Position numbers and translations under genes: made by a program. Source: Macrostomum lignano (lineage: Eukaryota). Taken from it: a DNA stretch of 64,000 nt. Below the pieces are notes generated by a model that saw nothing but the letters and a program-made list of their open reading frames with translations, had not been told where the DNA came from and made no database searches. The stretch's first letter is position 1. Every line of letters begins with the position of its first letter. Shown here piece after piece: positions 1 to 11,938 of this stretch. The stretch lies in assembly GCA_002269645.1 (NCBI GenBank), contig NIVC01001564.1, positions 1-64,000 on the forward strand, written 5' to 3'.

Positions 1-2400
1 CCAGGTCGTCGGCATAGCCCAGCAGCGACAGTCTCTTCTCTGGATGGTGGCTGCTCGTGCGCTGCAAGCATGAAGCCGTCGGCGTCGGATGGAAGCGCAG
101 TCCGCAGCACCCAGTCGAGGACCAGCACGAACAAGAAGGGCGCTAGCGTGTCGCCCTGCAGCACTCCAGATGTTGTACTGAATGGTCCGACAGCCCGTCG
201 GGCGTCACCACGGCGGCTTGAGTGTCCTGGTAGAGCGCCATGACTGCGCTGACCAGGCGCTGGGGCACGTGGTAAGCCCGGAGCACCGGCACAAGGGCGC
301 CGCGCGCCACCGAGTCGAACGCTTTCTGAAGTCAACGAAGACACAGATCAGCGTCGCCTGGCGGGTGCGCGCCTCCTCGATTGTCCTCCTGAGGCAAGGA
401 TCTGGGTCGCTGTGCCCCGGTGTGGCCGGAAGCCGTTTGCTCGTGCCGCAGAAACGGGTCCAGCACCGGTTGCAGCCGCGTCAGCAGGATCTTGTTGAAG
501 AGCTTCGCGGCGCAAGACATCAGCGAGATGCCCCTATGTTCTTCTTTCCGAGTTGTGCGGGCTTCTTTGGGATGGGGATCATGTGGGCCGTCGTCCACTC
601 AGTTGGGGCTGCACCCCGTCAAGTACGCGCGTTCATCACCCGGCGACCGCACGGGCCACCGGCAGGACTCGCAGCGCCTCGACAGGGATCTCATCCGGGC
701 CGGCCGCTTTTCCACAGGGACTTCTTCGCCTGCAGCACCACCTCGTCAGAGTAATGGGCTGACGTCGAAATCCTCCTGCCTTGGCAGGGCCACTTCCGGC
801 GGCAGCGGCATCTCCGCCTGCAGCACGGCGGCGGCGCGTTCACGATGGCGCCGAAAAAAGTCCCGCAGCTCGTTCCGGCGGGCCTCCGCCGTGTCGCCGG
901 GGAGGTTGAGGCTCGTGCGGCTCTTCTCCCGGTCAGCGCGTTCACAGCGCTCCACACGGCGCGGCTTGCCGTCGTGCCCTGCCGTTGTCACCGTCCTGAT
1001 GGTCTTTCTACGGCGGCCTGTTGTCCTTGCTCATAGGCGGCTGCGAGGGCCGCCTCGGCTTCGTCCACCTCCGCAGTCCTGCCCGCCCGTCGCAGCTGCT
1101 CAAGCCTCAGCTCGCACTTTGCACTTCCGGGTCCACCTCCCAGACCGGCCGACCTTTCTGCAGGGGCTTCACCAACTAGGGTCCACTCCGCAGCAGATTG
1201 GACGGCCGTGCAGATCTCGGGGTAGTCGGCTTCCTTCTTGCCGTCGAGGGCATCCACAAACGCGCGGGCGAAGTGAACCTGGGTCGCATCGTCACGCAGA
1301 GCCCGGAAGAAGTGCTTCGGCTTCCGCTTGGGCGGCCGTAGAGCGGGTCCTTCAGCTTGATGTCGCAGAAGAGCAGCTTGTGGTCGGACTTCGGCGCCAA
1401 TGGCAAGATGGTATCGCAGTTGGTCACACGGCCACGCTCTCGAAAGTGCAGCAGCACGTGGTCCAGCTGCCAGCCTCGTCGTGGCATTCGGCGCGGTTGT
1501 TGTTGCGCCGCGGCCGCTTGCAGCCGGCAAAGGTTGCCAGCCGCTGCTCGGGTTTCCGGAACCACGTGTTCATCGACACCATGTCATGCCGAGCCACGAA
1601 GTCGGTCAGCGCCTCGGTGTTGGCATTCTCGCGCGGGTCACGAAGGGGGCCCGGTCTGACCTGCGCATGACAGCGTTCAGATCACCGAGCACGATCACCG
1701 TGTCCCGTTGTGCCACAGCCTCCACCTGCCCGGACAAGAACTCGAAAAAGACACGAGCTTCATCGGGGTGGGCAGCTGTCGGCGCGTAGGCGCAGAAAAT
1801 GTGGGCGCTCCGACTCCTCAGCCGCAGGTCGATCCGCAGCAGCCGAGGGGACAGGCTCTGGCAGCACACACTCTGTTGCAGCTTTGGCCCGACCAGCACT
1901 CCTACTCCTCCATGACCTCTCTCGTCCGCTGATGTGTACAGGAGGCTCCAGCCAGCTCCCAGCTCTTCACGCTGGAGGCCGGGGCCGGCCACGATAGACA
2001 CCTCCTGCAGAGCCACCAGGTCCATCTTCGTCTCCTGAGCCAGCTTTGCCAGCAGGCCTGGCGCCAGTTCTCCTTGAGGGTCCGGCAGTTCCAGGTTGCC
2101 AGCCAAAGGGGGTGCTCTGGTACGGCTGGGGCCCGATGCTGTTGGGGCCTCGTGGTCCCGGCGCCACCCGGAGGATCCAGGGCCTCGGCCTCCCGCCTGC
2201 CTGCGCGCTTTGCTGCTTGGGCACGACTGCGCCGGTTGCGCTCTCTGCGCCGCTGGGTGGGCGGGCAGCACTGCGCTGGCCGCGGGGGTCTTGGCCTTGC
2301 CGCTGTTGGCTGCCGCAGCTTGAGGGCGCGGCACTCCGAGCCAACCTTGGCTATGCTCCGGGGCGATGCTCTGCCCAGGGGTGCCAGGAGGTCGCGGCAT
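1..2400 (-). mobile_element. Non-LTR retrotransposon (LINE, RTE-like, single APE endonuclease + reverse transcriptase ORF); runs off the left window edge; frameshifted as assembled
   Basis: Minus-strand APE motifs LATWNCRTL, MDLVALQEV, VIVLGDLNA, QLDHVL and SDHKLL. RT motifs GISLMSCAAKLFNKILL, FVDFRKAFDSV, GVLQGDTLAPFLF and GYADDL (at about 2-20). Pieces lie in different frames, separated by single-base losses. Confidence 0.95.
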
Positions 2401-4164
2401 ATTTATACGCCAGGGGCGTATAAATAAGATGGCTCTTATTTATCTCTCATAAGTATACTTATGCTTATGGTGTTGCAGCAGCTTCAAAAATGCTTATACA
2501 GTTACAAGGCCTTTTTGCTGCCCATTTTAATTTGAAAATGCAGAAAATATGAAATTATTCGGAGATATTCAAAAGAGACTTGCAGTCGATGTACTTGTGC
2601 ACTGATGTAACTGCACTCTCATACAAGAAAGTGCAATAACTATATGCACTAATTCAAGGCCTCTGTGTACACCCTGGGATATTGATGAGCGCTGTACGTA
2701 CATTTACACATATTTACTACTGGACTGGATTATACCGAAAGTGTAATAATTATTCAATATAAAAATTATAAATACGCTTTCTTTCCAATTCATCCGCAAC
2801 CGATGCTTAAAAAACTATTTCTTGTCGAGATCGCGTCCATGAAAGAAGTGTTCGAATGGGAACCTTGATCGATAATTTCGACCCAGTCCTGTCGAATATC
2901 GTCCGAAACTGCGTGACGAACAGACTCCCCTGGAAGTCAGATTCAATTACTTTAGCACAAGATGGGCGATGATTACATGTAGATGTTTCTGAGGCATGGA
3001 AGAACTCAGTCAGCACTATCTGTTCTCAAAGGTGCATAACATGCATTTGCAAATTACACGTAATTATAATTTACATGAACGCTCGTATAGAATACAATTT
3101 ACATGTACCAGAGGTCCATCCTCTTGAAGCTTATAGCAGATCAAGCATTAATATAAGATTAAATATAGTTTTTAATAATAATTAATTAATATTTAATATG
3201 GCAGGCTGTACAAACATTTATTTTTACCTGCGCAATCGAACGCTACTATTAGTAGTTCTGATTTGAGGAAATGTACAATTGCCAATCTCAGTCTTGGACT
3301 GAACAGCCGTACGCAGCCTTGCACAATTAATAAAATAAGTCTTTGTCACAAGCAGCAGAGATCTCGGACTAAACTCTGCAAATAAAGATAATTTTGCGGT
3401 TACAAATATTGATTGAATTTTACTGCAATTCAGTCAGCAGTGAGGCGCTGTCAATCAAACCACCTCGCTCAGTCGGTAATTATTATTATTTATTTATTTA
3501 ATTATTATCGTAAGCGAGGCAATCCGTCGCGGCAAAAATCACACAGAAAATTTTAATAAAGAAAAATCCGGGTCGGCGAAGCTACGAGGTTTTTTTTGAA
3601 GCGGTGTCATTAAACATTAAATTTAGGAGTTACACTCCAAGCGGCTACTAACAGTAGCAAGCCAAACAAATCCGACCCGAAATTGTTCTTCATTTAACAA
3701 AAATCTACTGAGCGCCAATTCAATTGTAGTGCGTAGACGTGTTTTTATTATTTATTAATTAGTGCATTGTTCAACTATGTTATCTCGGGTAGAACTATTA
3801 ATACAAGCCATCAGAGGATCAATCCTACCTGCAACTTTCTGGACACACAGAGCCAAGTTTGCAATTCTAAAACCAGGCAAGCAAGTAAAATGGAGAGAGG
3901 TTTAACAAAGCGCGATGTTTTGCAGGAAAAAAACTGAAGCAACAACACAAACAGTACACGGTTGCTGAATATTATCATAACAAATAACAGCGGTATAACT
4001 GCGATGAGTCGCTTGTTAAGAAATCAGAATTAAAACAACACAATACGAAGCCAGACAAATTAACTGAAAGCAGAGAATGACAACAAAAAAAATTTAGTTG
4101 CACAACATCTACGATACTCTGAAAAGTTATCGTCAGACAAACCAATGGAAAACTACTGATAAAT

Positions 4165-4522
4165 GTACGTTGTGGGTAGAGGCGGGGGTAAGACAGCGGG
4201 AGTGAGGTGGGTGGCATTGACTGCCGATGAATGTGCATTGGGGTAGAGAGGCAGGGTTAAGCCGGGGGAGTGAGGTGGGTGGCATTGACTGCCGATGAGT
4301 GTACATTGGGGGTAGAGGGGCAGGGAGAGACAGGGGGAGTGAGGTGGGTGGAATTGACTGCTGATGAATGTACATTGGGGGTAGAGGCAGGGTTAAGACA
4401 GGGGGAGTGAGGTGGGTGGCATTGACTGCCGATGAATGTACATTGGGGGAAGAGAGGCAGGGGTAAGAGAGGGGGAGTGAGGTGGGTGGCATTGACTGCC
4501 GATGAATGTACATTTGGGGTAG
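4165..4522. repeat. Tandem repeat, ~60-bp G-rich unit (gggggagtgaggtgggtggcattgactgccgatgaatgtacatt...), 5-6 copies
   Basis: Directly visible periodicity. Confidence 0.9.
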
Positions 4523-5584
4523 GGGGTTCCTTGGGGCACTTAAGGAAATATTGATTCAGGAGTTTTCCATTGAGTAACCAGCCAGACCAATTGGAGTTCA
4601 CGGTGATTTTCCAACCCCCCAAAGCTGAGAGACGATAGTTTCAGGCCTACAATAATATAAATATACATATGCATCGATATCTAAACGAAAGTACACAGGT
4701 GTTGTTGGGTTTTAAAAGGCTGGTGCAAAAATAAATAATAAATGAATAAAAATCAAATATGACATACAGACGTATAATTTATATATAAGAGAGAAATTAA
4801 TACGAGAACGACATAGCAAGATTTAGTCGCGAACAGAATGAAATAAATTATGATAACCGATGCGAGTAATTAAAAAACAGCAGGCTTTTATATTGAAATT
4901 TAATAAAGCCAGGTGTCTTCTCGAAGCACAGAGGAGTGATGATTGAAAATAAAACAGTTATAGTATGGCATAAAATTTAGATATAAAAATGATGATATTT
5001 CACACAACACACGCACTAACAAAAAGAGGGACTGTTATCACAGAGAAAGCAAATTAGCTGAATACAAAGACACTGCCTGCGTTCTAAAGTTTTATTTAGT
5101 CTTTTATACATACCCACCATAATTTTTCTAAATAACATACATACTACTTGCCGCTAGTAGTGCAACAGCCTCGTTACCTATCAAGAGAAACTTCACAATA
5201 CAGCCCCCAGTATTTTGTATACATATTGAAATTTGTTAAAAAATGGAAAATTGCACACTTAAATCTAATTAAAATGAAACAATAGAGCAGAGTAATACTA
5301 AATTAACTTGGATTTGCAAGGTTAGCTGACAACAATAAAACTGATATTTTGCATTACAAGCTCGCTTGAGTTTGGCTAAGCCTACATTATCCCACTCAAA
5401 GGATTGCATAGGGGCGAGCATTTAAAGATTTTTTAAAGATGGCTTTTATAAAGCCGAAAAATTAAATTAGTAGCAATAAACACAAAGTATAAAATATGTT
5501 AACCGGAAGAAATATGCAGCTTTGAGTAGCCAGTTGCTATGCAATGGATCTCATCTGACTGAGTCGGGATCAGCCTAATTCAAT

Positions 5585-6056
5585 AGAGATGTGATCTCAC
5601 TTGAGTCTGATGAGATCTCAGTCGAGTCTGATGGGATCTCACTAGAGTCTGATGAGATCTCAGTCGAGTCTGATGGGATCTCACTAGAGTCTGATGAGAT
5701 CTCAGTCGAGTCTGATGGGATCTCACTTGAGTATGATGGGATCTCACTGGAGTCTGATGGGATCTCACTGGAGTATGATGGGATCTCACTTGAGTCTGAT
5801 GGGATCTCATTTGAGTCTGATGAGATCTCATTTGAGTATGATGGGATCTCACTCTTGAGTATGATGGGATCTCACTCTTGAGTATGATGGGATCTCACTC
5901 TTGAGTATGATGGGATCTCACTCTTGAGTATGATGGGATCTCACTCTTGAGTATGATGGGATCTCACTCTTGATTATGATGGGATCTCACTCTTGAGTAT
6001 GATGGGATCTCACTCTTGAGTATGATGGGATCTCACTCTTGAGTATGATGGGATCT
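5585..6056. repeat. Minisatellite: 21-bp unit (gagtctgatgggatctcactt) grading into a 23-bp unit (gagtatgatgggatctcactctt)
   Basis: Directly visible; explains ORFs 5580-5881. Confidence 0.9.
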
Positions 6057-6392
6057 CAAAGGAGTGTGAAAGAATCTTATCTGCGAAGGCTGGGATCTTA
6101 CCCGAGTGGGATGGGATCTTGTCTGAGTGGGATGGCACCCCACTCGAATGTGATGGTATGACCTGATGGACTTGGGGAATCAGTTCCTCATTTTGGTACG
6201 CAGGTTTGGGTTAAGCCTAGAGCCTGGATTAAGCAACGGAAACAATAAATATTTAATAAATAATATAATAACCAACAGAAATGTGATTAAAAACACAAAT
6301 TATAAACTGAATAAGTAGAAGTAGATTAGCGCCTGGCTGATATGAAGCGGCAAAACATTGGCTCAGTGTCTTACTTTCCCCCTCCCCAAATT

Positions 6393-9300
6393 TCAATCTT
6401 CGGCCTCAGACTCGGCCGGGTTGCCGTGCAGAAACGGGCAGGTGTCACCTTTGAAGCACTCGCCAGCCGACCAGAACTTGCAGATGACCCGGTTGAGGTC
6501 GTGCGCGAACTCGCAGTCCTCCTTCTTGCAGCGGCCTCGCAGTAGAAACGAACAGGCCCGCTTAGACTTCTCAAGCGGCGTCATCGGCTGCCGGCGAACC
6601 GGAGTTGGAGAAGTCTGCTGCTGCTGCTGCTTCTGATCCGGCTTGGGCGGCACCGGCTTCCGAGACCACATCTGGCAGCGAAGGCGGTCCAGCTGGGTCC
6701 ACTGAGCCATGCGGCCCAGCAACTCGTTGGCAGGCAGGGCGACTATGCCGGTTGCCATGGCAACTGTTGGTGGCTTAGCAACGGAGACACTAGACGACGC
6801 GGAGACGGAGGCTGCGACAGATGCAGCAGCAGTGGAGCTGACCGAGCCCTGATCGCTGGGGCGTCCGCTGCAATGTCGTCAATGTCGAGCAGCGCCTGCG
6901 GCAGCAATTCCTCCTCTTGGCTGGGCAGGTTGTCGAAATCGTGATCGCTGAGCAGCTGCAGATGGGGGATGGATGGGGCACTGACTGACTGACTGACTGA
7001 CTGACTGACTGACTGACTGACTGACTGACTGACTGACTGACTGACTGACTGACTGACTGACTGACTGACTGACTGACTAACTAACCAACAAGCCAGGTAT
7101 AGCATACACACCTCAGCCTCATCCTCCATCAAGGACATGCCAGTGAGCAGTCCGCAGTTGGTATTAACGGCACCAATAATCTGCTCGCTGTCGGGCAAAT
7201 CCAGCGACAGAGGCTCCGACAACCGATTAAGAAGAAGTCTGTCGGGATCTGCTTTGCTGCTACTAGAAGCAGGTGCGGCGGCAGCTGCGGAAGCCAATTC
7301 GTCTTCAATCTCCCTGTTGAAGCTGTGCAGAATGTGGCTGACGAGCTGAAGGATCTCAGAGCCTTCGCTAGTGACGCTGACAGCATCGTCTCCGTCTTCA
7401 TCTTCCTCCTCAGCCTCCACAGCTTCATCCAGTTCCTTCTCGTCAGCTTCCAACTCCTCTTCCAGCTCCTCATCCCCGAGGTACTCGTCGCCCTCTAGGA
7501 AGCCTTCGTCGGTGGTGACGGCCGTCGATGCACAGGAGGCCACAACGCGGCGTTGTCGGCGATGAAGTCGACGGCCAGGCAGCCGGCTCTGGTGCTGCAG
7601 GCTGAGCGGCGGGCCTCTGCAAGTTCAGTTTGAGCAGCGGGTGAGCAGCACGATTGGGACGGACTTATAAATAGACGACAGTTTAAAGTAGGGATTCATA
7701 GAAAGATGCCTTTGTAAGATTCTTAGAAAGATCGTTTCTTAAAGTAGAGATTCTTAGAAACAGAGCAACTTTTAAAGTAAAGCTTTTTGGCAACAAAGCG
7801 ACATTTTTAAAGTAGAGATTCTTGGCAACAAAGCGACATTCATGAAGTAGAGATTCTCGGAAACAAAGCGACATTCATGAAGTAGAGATTCTTGGAAACA
7901 AAGCGACATTCATGAAGTAGAGATTCTTGGAAACAAAGCGACATTCATGAAGTAGAGATTCTTGGAAACAAAGCGACATTCATTAAGTATTGATTCTTGG
8001 AAACAAAGCGACATTCATTAAGTATTGATTCTTGGAAACAAAGCGACATTCATAAAGTAGAGATTCTTGGAAACAAAGCGACATTCATAAAGTAGAGATT
8101 CTTGGAAACAAAGCGACATTCATGAAGTAGAGATTCTTGGAAACAAAGCGACATTCGTGAAAAGTCTGTAGCTGGTTTCTTACAAAAATGTAGCGATACT
8201 TAGAAAAAACTACAGTTTAACAGTTTAATCATCCATATGTTACCTCCCCAGCCATACCTAGCCCAAGCTGAGCCGGCATATCTGCCGGAGCCGTCGATCG
8301 GTTTATTCGCAACTCTACTAGCAGAGCCTCCAGCGGCCTCGAAACAGCCGTCGCGCCTCAGCGCTTCGGCCAGGGCGGGAAAGGCGCAGACATAGTCCTC
8401 GGTGGCGGCGGCGGCTGGAGCGGCAAGCTCCTCAGGCGTGCTGGCCTGGCCCGAGTCCGTCACATCGATATTCGCTCCACTGTCCTCGTCGGCAGTGCCA
8501 GCAGCAGCAGCAACAACAACTGTAGGCGAAATTCCATCAACAATGTCTTCGACTTGATTGGTTGCGCTGGCTTTGACCCGGAATCGGAACTCGCCGCCAG
8601 CGCCGGGACTGCCGACCTCTTCTTCGGCTAGCTGAGGCAGCCGCTTGGGGTTTGGCTGCAGAGCTGCGCCGCCTGTGGCAGCGTTGAGCCGCCTTAGGCG
8701 GTAGCAGAGCTCGTCTGTAGTGGGCGAACAGAGACGGAATTTTAAAGGACTTCTTGAACTTTTATTAAAAGAATTCTTGAACTTCTATTTAAGGACTTCT
8801 TGAACTTTTATTAAAGGACTTTGTGAACTTTTATTAAAAGAATTCTTGAACTTCTATTTAAGGACTTCTTGAATTTTTATTAAATGACTTTGTGAACTTT
8901 TATTAAAAGACTTCTTGAACTTTTATTTAAGGACTTCTTGAACTTTTATTAAAGGACTTTTTGAACTTTTATTAAAGAACTTTTTTGAACTTTACTAAAG
9001 GACTTCTTGAACTTCTATTAAGGGACTTCTTGTCCTTTTATTAAAAGACTTCTTGTCCTTTTATTAAAAGACTTCTTGTCCTTTTATTAAAGAACTTTTT
9101 TTGAACTTTACTAAAGGACTTCTTGAACTTTTATTAAAAGACTTCTTGAACTTTTAGAATGGCATTTATAAAAACTCTGTTTAGACTACTTGAGTTAGTA
9201 GGGTGTTAAGCGCTAACACAAAAACTTTTGGACGACTCTTTTACAATTCTGAAACTCGTTGAGTTGTTAAAAAGTCGCAAGAGTCGCTGGAATCACTGGT

Positions 9301-11938
9301 GAGTTGTTTGCAATGACTCTAGCGGTTCTTGTTATGGAAACGTTGTCAACGGGCACCGTTATTTTGTCCAATAAAGACTACCTCCTATCACTTCAACACA
9401 GCCTTACCAATCAACTCGTCCAATTCGTAGGGGTCATTGCAAGCCGACTGCAGGCATTGCACCGCCTCGGCCCGCTTCCTGCTGCTCACGCCGCTGGCCA
9501 GCCCGATGGCAGCTTCGCTTGAGGAGTCGGAGAGCAGAGTGGCTTGCTGCTGCTGCTGCTGCTGCTGCCTCCTGCGCCTCGACTTTCGACCAGGCCGTTT
9601 GACTCCGGCGGCAGAGTCCGACTCCTGATCGGAGACTTCGCTTCTGCGCGAGTTTGCCGGGTTTGAAAATCAATGAGTTGCTATATAATATTTATGCCTG
9701 TTTATTAACATTAATTATTTACTATTACAAAGACGGTTGCATTTACCAAAACTATTATTAAGTAAAACTGCCATAGACATGCTATATAGCTGCGTATCGT
9801 ATACTCGTACTCGATTCTATTATATAGCAAATGGATTAGCAATCCTTTAGAATCCTTCATCTAGCAGATATTGGTAGATTAGCAATCCTTTAGAATCCTT
9901 CATCTAGCAGATAGACTAGCAATCCGTTATAATCCTTCATCTAGCAGATAGACTAGCAATCTGTTATAATCCTTTATCTAGCAGATAGACTAGCAATCCT
10001 TTATAATCCTTCATCTAGCAGATAGACTAGCAATCCGTTATAATCCTTTATCTAGCAGATAGACTAGCAATCCGTTATAATCCTTCATCTAGCAGATAGA
10101 CTAGCAATCCGTTATAATCCTTTATCTAGCAGATAGATTAGCAATCCGTTATAATCCTTTATCTAGCAGATAGATTAGCAATCCGTTATAATCCTTTATC
10201 TAGCAGATAGATTAGCAATCCTTTATAATCCTTCATCTAGCAGATAGATTAGCAATCCGTTATAATCCTTTATCTAGCAGATAGACTAGCAATCCGTTAT
10301 AATCCTTTATCTAGCAGATAGATTAGCAATCCGTTATAATCCTTTATCTAGCAGATAGATTAGCAATCCTTTATAATCCTTCATCTAGCAGATAGATTAG
10401 CAATCCGTTATAATCCTTTATCTAGCAGATAGACTAGCAATCCGTTATAATCCTTTATCTGGCAGATAGATTAGCAATCCGTTATAATCCTTTATCTAGA
10501 AGATAGATTAGCAATCCGCTATAATCATTTATCTAGTAGATAGATTAGCAATCCATTGTGATCATTTCTTTTAGTTTATACTCGTATAATAAAAGTTTGA
10601 GATCACCTAGAAAGAGTTACTAAATATTTATTCCGACTAAGGCATTATTGCATTAAATTTGCATGGATGCACGAAGCCTAAGGCTACTTAAAAGGCAGCA
10701 AAAAGATAAGATAAAGATATCTTGGGTATAATATTTATAATTCATTCCGACTGCGTACTTTAAAGGTACACGTCCAATGTACATTAGAGAAACTTATCCA
10801 TGTGCCAGACCCTAAAATCAGCATGTCTGGCACAGCTCTACATTATATAATAGAGTTCTGCTTATCCATGGCAGCGTAGACTATCCTAGCTAGTAACAAA
10901 AATTTAACTTTTAAGATAAGTGATCTGATACTAACTGCCAAGTGAAAGGTAAATCTTATAATGCAAAATTATGAGGATTTCTAATTTTAAACTTGACATG
11001 GTTGCTATTTTAATTAAGTTTAGCACAGCCTAAAAATAGTACGGTATCAAATACAGAACTGGAGGTCTTGGAATAAGGATCTGGGAGGCTGGCCCAGCAA
11101 CTGAGGATCTGGGAGGCTGGCCCAGTAACTGAGGATCTGGGAGGCTGGCCCAGCAGCTGAGGATCTGGGAGGCTGGCCCAGCAGCTGAGGATCTGGGGGC
11201 TGGCCCAGCAGCTGAGGATCTGGGAGGCTGGCCCAGCAGCTGAGGATCTGGGAGGCTGGCCCAGAAACTGAGGATCTGGGAGGCTGGCCCAGCAGCTGAG
11301 GATCTGGGAGGCTGGCCCAGCAGCTGAGGATCTGGGAGGCTGGCCCAGCAGCTGAGGATCTGGGGGGCTGGCCTAGCAGCTGAGGATCTGGGAGGCTGGC
11401 CCAGTAACTGAGGATCTGGGAGGCTGGCAACTGAGGATCTGGGAGGCTGGCAACTGAGGATGTGGGAGGCTAGCTGCATAGCAACTGAGGATGTGGGAGG
11501 CTAGCTGCATAGCAACTGAGGATGTGGGAGGCTGGCTGCATAGCAACTGAGGATGTGGGAGGCTGGCTGCATAGCAACTGAGGATGTGGGAGGCTGGCTG
11601 CATAGCAACTGAGGATGTGGGAGGCTGGCTGCATAGCAACTGAGGATGTGGGAGGCTGGCTGCATAGCAACTGAGGATGTGGGAGGCTGGCTGCATAGCA
11701 ACTGAGGATGTGGGAGGCTGGCCACCCAAAAGACATGACAAGAAGCGCACGCAGAATGAAGCAATTCCCTCCGCAACTTACCGTTCAAACTCGGCATCGT
11801 CCAGCTGCAGCAGCGAGATGAGGTACCGAGAGTACACAGCCGGATCAATGCCCCGCATATCCAACTGAGCTTCAAGCCAGCCAAACAGCCGCTGAGTTGA
11901 GGGGCCGGGAAGCCGACGACTGTGCAGAGCGGAGCCAT
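6393..11938 (-). CDS. KIAA0232: KIAA0232-like protein with C-terminal tandem CCCH zinc fingers. Exons 11938(or 11966)-11782, 9643-9408, 8714-8258, 7616-7112, 6955-6393. Apparent 1-nt frameshifts near 11905 and 6860
   Basis: All four GT-AG junctions are phase-consistent. Peptides MAPLCTVV, WLEAQLDMRGIDPAVYSRYLISLL, RAEAVQCLQSACND..LIDELCYRL and DYVCAFPALAE resemble, in order, my recollection of the human KIAA0232 N-terminus (MYPICTVV, WLGQELEKCGIDAMIYTRYVLSLL, QAAVQCLRSAS..LVEELCSRL, YYEAFPPLSE). The C-terminus CSFLLRGRCKKEDCEFAH-DLNRVI-CKFWSAGECFKGDTCPFLH contains two CCCH fingers. Confidence 0.8.
6980..7078. repeat. (GACT)n microsatellite in the last intron of the KIAA0232-like gene
   Basis: Direct. 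Confidence 0.95.
7690..8158. repeat. 35-bp minisatellite (aaagcgacattcatgaagtagagattcttggaaac), intronic
   Basis: Unit starts at 7865 and 7900. Confidence 0.92.
8743..9157. repeat. ~23-bp AT-rich minisatellite (aaggacttcttgaacttttatta), intronic
   Basis: Direct. Confidence 0.9.
9835..10555. repeat. 37-bp minisatellite (tagcaatccgttataatcctttatctagcagatagay), ~19 copies, intronic
   Basis: Unit starts at 9917 and 9954. Confidence 0.93.
11075..11722. repeat. Two abutting related minisatellites: 28-bp (ctgaggatctgggaggctggcccagcag) then 31-bp (ctgaggatgtgggaggctggctgcatagcaa)
   Basis: Periods measured at 11101/11129 and 11521/11552. Confidence 0.93.

Noticed and set aside
182-2427. Multiple plus-strand ORFs, including 420-1670
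   Set aside because: Antisense shadows of the GC-rich LINE ORF.
2330-2450. HDV-like ribozyme at the LINE 5' end
   Set aside because: I could not thread P1/P2/P3/P1.1 pairings by hand; only the hairpins are reported.
7690-10555. 35-37-bp regularly spaced repeats as a CRISPR array
   Set aside because: Units abut with no unique spacers, there are no cas genes, and the context is eukaryotic introns.
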